A stretch of 64,000 nt of DNA from Octopus bimaculoides (lineage: Eukaryota): assembly GCF_001194135.2 (NCBI RefSeq), contig NC_068981.1:16007528-16071527 (forward strand). The letters run 5' to 3'. The notes beneath the pieces are model-generated. The model saw only the letters and a list, made by a program, of their open reading frames with translations, was not told where the DNA came from and searched no databases. The translations under genes were made by a program, and so were the position numbers. This document shows positions 54,102 to 64,000 of the stretch, piece after piece. Position 1 is the stretch's first letter. Each line of letters starts with the position of its first letter.

Positions 54102-54295
54102 GGGAGGAGGAGAAGAGAAAATGGGAGAAGAAGAAAAAGAAAAAAAAGAAGAGGAGGAGGAGGGGTAAAAGAAGAAGAAAAAGAAGGGGAAGAAGGGGAG
54201 GAGGAGGAGGAAAAGAAGGAGAATAAGAGGGAAAGAAGGAGAAGAAGAAGAAGAAGAAGAAGAAGAAGAAGAAGAAGAAGAAGAAGAAGAAGAAA
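54040..54295. repeat. Compound (AGT)n/(AGG)n/(AAG)n microsatellite
   Basis: Directly visible. Confidence 0.95.
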
Positions 54296-54461
54296 GAACT
54301 GATATCGAGAGATTAAAAGACATTTAAGTACTTCACTGCATTCAAAGTAGTGAATAATAACGAACCAAGTATTTTTTTGGTAAGTGAATTCCATTGTTTT
54401 GTGGATACAATAGTAAGGTTGTGTGCATACACGTAGTTCTATATGTTTATAAACTTATTCT

Positions 54462-54653
54462 TTTCTATTCTAGGCACAAGGTCCGAAATTTCGGGGGAGG
54501 GGGCCAATTAATTAGATCGACTCCAGTACGCAGCTGGTTCTTAATTTATCGACCCCGAAAGGAGGAAAGGCAAAGTCGATCTCGGTAGAATTTGAACTTA
54601 GAACGTAAAGACAGACGAAATACCGCTAAGCATTTCACTCTGCGTGCTAACGT
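54462..54653 (-). mobile_element. tRNA-derived SINE, type-B tail, lacking the first ~20 nt (3' half of a dimer)
   Basis: Minus strand starts ACGTTAGCACGC, has B box AAGTTCAAATTC and tail GGACCTTGTGCCTAGAATAGAAA. Confidence 0.85.
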
Positions 54654-54890
54654 ATCTTGTTTCTTTATTGCCCACAAGGGGCTAAACATAGAGGGAACAA
54701 ACAAGGATAGGCAAAGGGATTAAGTCGATTACATCGAATCCAGTGCGTAATTGGTACTTAATTTATCGACCGCCGAAAGGGTGAAGGATAAAGTCGACCT
54801 CGGCGGAATTTGAACTCAAAACGTAACGACAGACGAAATACCGCTAAGCATTTCGCCCGGCGTGCTAACGCTTCTGCCAGTTCACCGCCT
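54654..54890 (-). mobile_element. Full-length tRNA-derived SINE, type-A tail (5' half of a dimer)
   Basis: Minus strand AGGCGGTGAACTGGCAGAAGCGTTAGCACGCCGGGCGAAATGC...GAGTTCAAATTCC...GTTTAGCCCCTTGTGGGCAATAAAGAAAC. Confidence 0.9.
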
Positions 54891-55900
54891 TGTTTATAAA
54901 CTTATTCTAACGTAATTTAATAGATGTGCATGTATATGTTTGTTTATATGTACGTGCGAAATATGTATGAAACAGTAATGTTTACAGAAGTGTATGTGGG
55001 GATACGTGTGCTTTTATTTTGTTTCTGAGTGTACCTAAGTGAATACCATCTTGGATAAATAGCGTCTTACATGTAAATAAATATTTTTTTATATTTGTGT
55101 GCATCCGTGTTTGAATCTCTTTCTGCGCATGGTTATGAATGTAGGATTCAATATATTTAACGGTATAACAAAAAAAAAAATTAAAAATATTATTTTAATT
55201 AAATTGCGATTCAATTCCGCTAAAACGTATTAATACAATTGTATACAACCAAAACACATAAGAAAAACACGTACTTAAACTAATATATCAGCTGTCATCT
55301 TACGTTTCGTCTTTAAAACGACATCTCTACAAGAAATCTATGCAAATATATCCTATGCAGAAAACAAACAAGAGCAGTCTTTGAAAAATATATGATTTGA
55401 AATTAGTTATTATAAAGTATATACATATAAAATGACTACGAAGATAAAAATAGAAATAAAATAAAATAAAATATCAATCAAATCAGACGAAAGGACTGAA
55501 ATCGTGATGAATTATTTCCCTTAAGAATCTGACAATGTGTGTCAATAATTAAGCGTATTTAAAATATAAGCATAATAAATGCCTGAAAATTAAAAGGGAA
55601 TCTTTTCTCTAATATTATTATTGACATAACAAAAATTTCCCTCAAATATAGGGAGTGTATAATCTCTTCGAAAGTCTGATAAGGTTTTATAATCTTATAA
55701 TCATATATTTTGTAAAGATACATTTAAAAAATACTATTTGACATTACTTTTGTAAGATATTCCCAACAAATATTCTATTATTAAATTCGCATTCATATGA
55801 ATATCTTCAATGTTGTGTGTATATATATGCGAATTCTACGTTAATTAGGAAACGGTAGCGACTGAAACCTTGTAAGAATTATAAACGTTTGCACTACATT

Positions 55901-56095
55901 CTTTTCTACTGTAGGCACAAGGCCCGAAATTTTGGAGGAGGGACCAATCGATTAGATTGACCCCAGTACGCAACTGGTACTTAATTTATCGGCCCCCGAA
56001 AGGATGAAAGGCAAAGTCGACCTCGGCAGAATTTCAACTCTGAAGGTAACGGCAGACGAAATACCGCTAAGCATTTCGCCTGGCGTGCTAACGTT
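55901..56095 (-). mobile_element. tRNA-derived SINE, type-B tail, lacking the first ~20 nt
   Basis: Highly similar to 54462-54653 along its length; no TSD found. Confidence 0.85.
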
Positions 56096-59000
56096 TATAT
56101 GGTATAATATTGAACCACATAAACTCCTAGTTGCCAAATCTTTTTCCGTTACGACGCTTTATATGCCCTAATATTGGATTATTTCCTACGGGTAATATAC
56201 GGATAAGGCTGAGAATTCTATTTAATGTGAGTGTGCGTGTTTGCTTGCATATGCTTGTTCACTAGTGTGGTGTGTACGTACGTATGTACGTAGGTACGTA
56301 TGTACGTATATGTGTATGCATCTATTTATGTATGTATGTTATCAATCAGTTTCATTTATGAACATCATCTAGGTATTTGTGCATATGTGTGTGTGTGTGT
56401 GTGTGTGTGCAGTATTTGGTGTTAGTGTATGCGCAGATTTGTATGTTTGTTTTATGGATGCGTTTTTTATGTATATATTTTCATGTCTAGATGCATGCAT
56501 ATGTATTTATGTGCTAAATTTTTGGAAAGTTTTACATATATTTACAGTTCCATTATGTATGTATGTATGCATGTATGTATGTATGTATTATGAGTGCATG
56601 TATTTATGTAAGCATGTATGTATTTATGTATGTATATGTGTTTGTGTATATGTAGACGGGCATGCATACATACACACATGTACTCTAATGTATATTACAT
56701 ATATGACTGTAAAGTGTGTGTGAGTGGGGTGAATATTTGTTCGAAACGAATTCATTCTTCCATGTGCAGAAAAATAGTTATCATTTTGTTCCAGAAAGTT
56801 CTGCTTAGTAGTTATTGCTGTAAAAGTGTCTAAATTATATAATGAATAAACTATTTCCATTTTCAATTAAAAGTGATATATTAGAAGTTAGACGGAAGAT
56901 ATACATGTAGAATGCTAACCTCTAGAAATGGGTGGGGCGGTATCCAATAAGAAGATATTAACCTTATTTTACAGGAAATGAATGTCATATTTGGTCTTTA
57001 TATTACAAGTTGTTCCGTAATTATACTTTTTCACAACGTTCAGTAAATACAAAAAAATCAAAATATATTTGCTGAATCTATGTACATTTATGTAATATTG
57101 CTTGAATTAAAACAATATATGGTAGATGGTAGAAGAATAATACAAATATTGAGTATGCACGACAAAGTATAACATTACAATAGAATCCACTTTAGCTTCT
57201 AGTGGGACATTTACGTTACCGTTCTGAAAATTCTCAACGGTAATAATTTTCACTGAATGTTTCCAAGTGTTTCGAATGTAGTTGCTTACAAACTACTCGG
57301 TCTTATGTTGCTGATACGTATAAAACTGTACTCATAATATATACTCACTGTAGCAACAACACTTGATGAATTTTGATTAGCTTATTAGGGTCATATTTTG
57401 AAATTCTTTCGTGCTATTTGATTTTTGGTTCGTTTGTTTTTTGTGATGTTTTTGCTACTATACGGTTCATAATTACATGTGCAACAGTTGAAGAAACACC
57501 AAATTTTTGTATCTATGCAAGTATTACGTGATTAACAAAAGCAAAACATTTTCTTCTTATGAAGATAATGAAGCATATTTTAAACAGCTAATACTATAGC
57601 TAATATACGTTAAACATTTTGCCCAATCAAGGTAGAAAAGTACTAATAAATCTTTTGAATATTTCATCGTTCGCTTCATGCCAAGTTGTTTGTTATTGTT
57701 CATAACTTTATAAGCAGAAACTACTGGCACCGAATTAGCTTCAGTGAGCCTTGAATTCAGATGAATTCATTATTTCGCCTGTTATCTATTTTCGATCAAT
57801 AGTCATAGCCTTTTTGTTAAAAGTCTACAATTAAGAATGAAATCTTATTACCGTAGAATCAACTCACTTTTAATTTTAATCACTACATGAACTGCATATA
57901 ATTTCTCCAACAGGTACTGGACAAACCCTATTTCTAGATTTGGTTCGTATGAAATCTTATACATCTCTAATCAAGCTACACCAGGGAAAATAATTTCGAA
58001 TACGTCATTGTAGTTGAGAGCAAAATACGTCTTTCGCTAAATTAACTGGGTTGATGCGTAAGTGAACAAAAGAGAAGAAGAAACAAAACTCTTCAACATA
58101 ATCGTCATATTTAAAAATTATGTTTATAGTTTTTGTTAAAAAGTTGTGTATATATAATTATGAAATTTTGCAAACCCGTTAAATTACATAAAGGGTTGTG
58201 TGTGATCCGAAGATGCTGCATTTTATTAACAACTTGATAGGGTAAATATTGGGGAATGCGTCGCTCAAAGTTTTTATACATAGATTTACCAGTAGTCTGT
58301 GAAAAGTACTGCAAATGTTTGTGTGAATTCTAAGCAAAAGCAGATTGAAGGATTACTCAATACTTTTAGGACACTACATCATAATTTATTTTTACAAAAT
58401 TTGACAGTAATTCGAATTTTCGACTTCCTGGCCTTCATCCGACAGTCTAGCGAAACTCTTTGCCCGTGTATATGAGTGCCTGTGTATGCTTTGGTGCATA
58501 TTATATATTTAGAAAATCTTAAGATTACTCTGGATTGTGTATGGGAGTACAATTCTAATATAATCCGTATCTTTTATATTATATGTCACGTATACTGAGC
58601 CTACCTGTATAGCACATATGTAACAACATATACATACATACATACAGATATATACATATATATATATGTATATATATATATANNNNNNNNNNNNNNNNNN
58701 NNNNNNNNNNNNNNNNNNNNNNNNNNNNNNNNNNNNNNNNNNNNNNNNNNNNNNNNNNNNNNNNNNNNNNNNNNNNNNNNNNNNNNNNNNNNNNNNNNNN
58801 NNNNNNNNNNNNNNNNNNNNNNNNNNNNNNNNNNNNNNNNNNNNNNNNNNNNNNNNNNNNNNNNNNNNNNNNNNNNNNNNNNNNNNNNNNNNNNNNNNNN
58901 NNNNNNNNNNNNNNNNNNNNNNNNNNNNNNNNNNNNNNNNNNNNNNNNNNNNNNNNNNNNNNNNNNNNNNNNNNNNNNNNNNNNNNNNNNNNNNNNNNNN

Positions 59001-59136
59001 NNNNNNNNNNNNNNNNNNNNNNNNNNNNNNNNNNNNNNNNNNNNNNNNNNNNNNNNNNNNNNNNNNNNNNNNNNNNNNNNNNNNNNNNNNNNNNNNNNNN
59101 NNNNNNNNNNNNNNNNNNNNNNNNNNNNNNNNNNNN

Positions 59137-59173
<37 letters not shown>

Positions 59174-59800
59174 CATATGTATGTATGTACAGATGTATGT
59201 GTGCATGAATGTATGTATATGTGTGTGTGTATTATGAAAGTGAATGTTTATCTATGCATAAGGAAAGACAAATCTTGTGTGTTGTTTTTTTTTTTGTATG
59301 TTAATGTCCGAAAGATTATTCTGAGCGAACCCTCAGGCGTAATATTGCTAGAAAAACTTATTCGTATTCCAGCTCCCTTCGAAGCGTGCGATCAATATAA
59401 TCCATTATTTATATTACTGATTAAAACCATCTAGAACATGTCAATCACAACAACAGACGCTAGAATATCATAACATGGAACCTGCAAATCACTTGATATA
59501 CTATTCGATTGAAATTATTTTACGCAATAATATGAAGCTTATAGTATATTAAACCAAAGAAACGACCACAAATAAACACACACACACACAAGCTAATACG
59601 CACACATAATCAAGCACAAATACACATGCACACACTTCTACAAATGAAACATCTGAGATACGTTTTAACGCAACATCAGACTGATGTAGTATCAAAGAAC
59701 AAGAATTGAATTAGCTATAGCAATAATATTAGATATTGTAATACACACGTGTCCGTGTATGTATGGGCATATACATACATACATATACACATATACATAC

Positions 59801-59831
<31 letters not shown>

Positions 59832-59976
59832 NNNNNNNNNNNNNNNNNNNNNNNNNNNNNNNNNNNNNNNNNNNNNNNNNNNNNNNNNNNNNNNNNNNNN
59901 NNNNNNNNNNNNNNNNNNNNNNNNNNNNNNNNNNNNNNNNNNNNNNNNNNNNNNNNNNNNNNNNNNNNNNNNNNNN

Positions 59977-60238
59977 CCTTGTCTCCGTATTCTTTCTGTT
60001 GAAGAGCGTAGCTCGAAACGTCAAAGACTTTCCGTATTCCCGAGCGTCAATTGACCGTTGACTGAACACTATTCAATTTTTTTTCTCCGTGTTTTTCTCC
60101 TTGTCTCCGTATTCTTTCTGTTGAAGAGCGTAGCTCGAAACGTCAAAGACTTTCCGTATTCCCGAGCGTCATACTAATATATACTTTTGTTATTTACACC
60201 ACCTGTCCTCGTCTGTTGTTATTTTTTGTATATTCTCC
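59977..60238 (+). mobile_element. Penelope-like element terminal repeat, partial tandem duplication
   Basis: A 73-bp unit is repeated exactly (59977-60049 and 60099-60171). Each copy holds TTGAAGAGCGTAGCTCGAAACGTC, similar to the CTGAnGA...GAAACGTC signature of Penelope-type termini. Ends at (TA)n; the left end is cut by a gap. Confidence 0.55.
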
Positions 60239-60719
60239 TATATATATATATACATGCATGCATAAGCCAATTATTAACCAACGGCATGTAGAGATGTTAT
60301 TGTATCAGCTGAAACAACAACAGCAAGACCAATTACAAATAAGCTGGAACAGTGAAATAAGATGCCTGTCACCACAAATATAGAAGAAGGACTTCATAAA
60401 ATATAATGGCCAACAACAATATATAAATAGCTATGGGAATGTCCATATAAATACTTATAACAATATACTCTCATTTATCGTTACAATATATATCTTACCA
60501 AATGACGTAATGATTTTTATTGATACTGTCCACTAAACCTAATATTTTCCCATCTATATATTTTTGCACTAGAGGTAATTTTTTTCTTGTTAGATGTTAA
60601 TTTTCCAATCTTGTCATTCTACGGTAGGACTTCAGGTTTATGAAACAAGATATTTTATAGCAATTCTAATATATATTATTTAACGGAGATGTATAGTTAG
60701 AACATCGTAGTACTGCGGT

Positions 60720-61310
60720 ATTCGTCTGAGAAAGGATATACTGTAGAGGTTTAGTAGAGAAAAGCACAGAAATATCAATAGCAGACTATATTTATAGCAT
60801 TACATTGACGTGAGTAGGTAGGAAGCTATGAGGTGAAGAGGGTTTTTTTAAAATAAATATTAACTATTCTTCATGGTTTGACCTGCGAAACATACTCTAC
60901 AGTACATCGATTTTTAATTAAGACCAGTAACTAACTACTGAGTGGAATGTCTTATTATAAAAGCGTCTTTTTAGAATTCTTTGAGTAGTCTCCATTGCAA
61001 AATTGGTGATGGTAATTCGAATTTGACAGTATGAAGCCTCGAAATCTGTATTCATTTGGATAAACAAATGCTATTCAAAATTAATAGCTAGAGAGTATAC
61101 ACTTTACTATATACTCTAAGCTCTTGATCAAACAGGTTTTTACTTTGCGTGGCGGTATTATATTTTCCCTCTTATAAAGAAAACGTAGCCAGTATTTGAC
61201 ATGTATTCAAAATATTTTTAGCATCTTATTGAATGAGTCAGTATTTTACCAAAGATACTTTAGGGTAAAATTAGATTTTTCCCGTTTCATATGCAGTGCT
61301 CTGACCACAA
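60720..61310 (-). mobile_element. Degraded Helitron PIF1-like helicase C-terminus
   Basis: Frameshifted motifs in canonical order on the minus strand: IIPPRK (AILAPxN-like), LNSI (EFLNS), FCNG/RLL (LCNGTRL), RVCFA-GQTMK (RLCFAMTINKSQGQTL with a deletion), NIYFKKTLFTS*L..YSR (GIYL..VFSHGQLYVAxSR), VYP. Confidence 0.45.
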
Positions 61311-63103
61311 ATCCACCACGTACACAAATATAATCTCAGCATTCAAATATTTTCAGATTCAACTGTTATTTAATACTAACGATATGGGTACACGACTCAA
61401 GAATGATTTCTTAAGAGATTCTATTTCCTATTGCATATAGCCATGTCGTACTTTTTGAAAATTATTATACTTTTCGCTGTAAACATTAAACAGATTGCAA
61501 TGCCTGGGATACATAGTACGTGTTATATAGATGTAGACTTGATTAAAAAGTTTCAGCTATATGGTATTTTTAGAAGATTTATATTTACATTCTGTGCCTT
61601 ATATAACACTTCAATTTCTACACAATGGTATTTTCACCATCAAACTCTAGTGATTTATAAATTTGAAAGCGTTACGCTGCGTTGGAAGTTATACAAGCAC
61701 ACACGCACGCATGTACACACACACACACACATACATACACACGCATGCACGCACAAACATATACATCTATTGACTCATGATTTATTATGCTTGTAAGGAA
61801 AGCCTTTTCACGTGTCTGTCGAGAAATGTGTATGAGTATAAGTATAACACGTCTGTTCGACAGTATAGAATCTTAGTGAAACAAAACCCAATCGTTTTCT
61901 AAAACTTTGCCCAAAAATTATCCTCAATATTATTTGATGTAGCAAGTCGTTGTACCAAAACTCTTATAGATGCGTATTAATTGAAGAGGAAATTTAGCAA
62001 TATCCCATATTGAAGAGGAAACATGACCAAAATATCGAATTTGCATCCAAATATTGTAAACGTAGATTTAAAATAAATTTAGTTCATAAGTCGTCTTCCA
62101 CTAATTAAAATATCTCTAATTAGAGCACTTCTAATTAAGTTATTCTATCATATTTTGGAAATATAAGCTACTCAGTACATTTCTCTATACTTAATTACAA
62201 AGTGAAAAATATAAAATAGGCCCGACAGTTGAATTAATTTCCAACGTCCTAATAGAATCAGTTTTTTTTTTTTTTTTACAAATTCCAAAGACAACTAAAA
62301 TTATATCAAGCTGTAGCCAACAAGATACAACAAGTAAAAGGAAATAATAACATAATATAAATGGCCTGTATTCTGAACTCCTAAAACTTGTTTACAACAG
62401 GTATATTAACAATGAGCATAAATGGAATTATAACGAAAACAGTATTACTATCTATCATAATGATTGGTTTGGTGGAGAAATAGATATAATTATATATCGT
62501 TTAAAACATGGCCTGGTTTCATTTCTCAACATCATGAAGTTATTTGGAAACCGACTCTCTAAATTTCTGTATCTTTAAAAGTATATTCTGAAATGCTTTA
62601 ATATTTTCAGACTCAATTTTAATATTATCATATGTAATTCCTGAATGCATAAGGTAACTTTCAAATTGTAAGAAAAGAAGGATTAAGTTATACCTTATTC
62701 TCAGTCGTATATCCAAATAATTAGTTATTGAAGCATGTTACTAATGTGGTACATACTTTTATTTTTTCAATCCATCCATTTTTTTTTTCTTATAATTTAC
62801 TACGAAAAGTTGAATAAATGAAATTTGTAGCAGAAAACGTTATAATTTAGTATAAAACTTTGATTTAAAATTTCACTGAACGCAATAGTAATTATGTATA
62901 AAGATAGAAACGAGGCGGAAAGTAATAACTATTGCACTCGCAAATATGTCATTTAAAAGCAAACAACTGTGCATGAATGCATATCTATAAACGTCCTCTA
63001 CAAACATATCATAATTGGAGATTTAGTATGTCTAACATCATACATATCATAATCAGACTCATGTGTATGAATATATATGCATATATATATGTATATATAT
63101 ATG

Positions 63104-63143
<40 letters not shown>

Positions 63144-63357
63144 AATTCTCTAAATGAAGTATTAACAGTAACTGCACGATAAAGTGTAGTATATTGCCAC
63201 TTAAGTGTGGCTGACACCTAGGGGTGGATGTTACTGTTGCTTTTNNNNNNNNNNNNNNNNNNNNNNNNNNNNNNNNNNNNNNNNNNNNNNNNNNNNNNNN
63301 NNNNNNNNNNNNNNNNNNNNNNNNNNNNNNNNNNNNNNNNNNNNNNNNNNNNNNNNN

Positions 63358-63389
<32 letters not shown>

Positions 63390-64000
63390 AAGAGAGAGAG
63401 CGAGAGAGAGAGCGAGAGAGAGAGAGAGAGAGAGAGAGAAGACAGACAGACAGACAGTTAGTGAGAGAGAAAAAGAGAGATAGAGAGGTTATATATACTT
63501 TTATATATGTGCCTGTGTGTGTAGGTGTGTGAGTGTGTGTGAAATAGCATAAATATTTTAGTCTAATTTTCGAGGCTGTGAGCTTCCCAGACATCTCTCT
63601 GAGGGCCCTTTGTAAAATGTGCAACACAACTGAAGTTGTAGGAGATTTCCCAGCTACAAATATAAAATATATATACGCAATAGAATGCATTGTGCACCTT
63701 CTCCCATGTTTGTAAATACAAACGTGCTTTAAAAAATTATATATAGACCTATATACGTATACATACACGTATACATTTATATATATATATATATATATAT
63801 ATCTTGTACATACACACACACGTTTATGTGTGTGTATGTGTGTGTGTACATACATATATATAAAACAACTTGTTGATATATTCTTTCATGTCAATCAAAC
63901 ATCATCTGCTATACTTAGCTTACCTATAGAAATATATACGTATGTGTGTTTGGTGTATATGCTACTATTAAACAAATATATATATATATATATATATATA

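Noticed and set aside
53655-54323. 222-aa minus-strand ORF with a non-repetitive middle (ILKERHVGLDG...PVHFDIQ)
   Set aside because: Half is microsatellite; the rest matches no motif I know and is rich in decayed ACT/ACC repeats.
54840-54890. tRNA gene calls for the SINE heads (also near 2730-2778)
   Set aside because: A and B boxes are present but there is no complete cloverleaf, and each continues into a multi-copy SINE body.
8885-63855. Long ORFs in the track (150-305 aa) and poly-YI, poly-I, poly-L and poly-HT ORFs
   Set aside because: They are read-throughs of N gaps and of (TA)n, (CA)n and (ATT)n microsatellites, not coding evidence.
1-64000. CRISPR array, prokaryotic operon or defence system
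   Set aside because: No regularly spaced repeat-spacer array and no dense ORFs; the sequence is repeat-rich eukaryotic DNA.

Overview
AT-rich, microsatellite-dense eukaryotic DNA with 15 assembly gaps, most of them flanked by (TA)n. The repeat families resemble those I recall from octopus genomes; that assignment is from memory, not a search. I found no recognisable host protein-coding gene, rRNA, intact tRNA or CRISPR array, so the window looks intergenic or intronic. The long ORFs in the track are artefacts of microsatellites or N runs, or are retroelement fragments. The dominant structure is a dense cluster of decayed R4/Dong-clade non-LTR retrotransposon pieces (RT, CCHC knuckle, restriction-like endonuclease), mainly at 21.3-38.8 kb with a small group at 5.9-7.2 kb. 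Almost all lie on the minus strand and sit in (TAA)n tracts. Also present: a ~550-bp non-tRNA interspersed element with fixed ends that shares those (TAA)n sites, many tRNA-derived SINEs (one chimeric dimer inside an 18-bp TSD), two Tc1/mariner-type MITEs, a Penelope-like terminal repeat with tandem hammerhead-like motifs, and old CR1-like, RTE-like and Helitron relics. Boundaries of the degraded relics are approximate, and all family calls come from hand translation and motif recognition.
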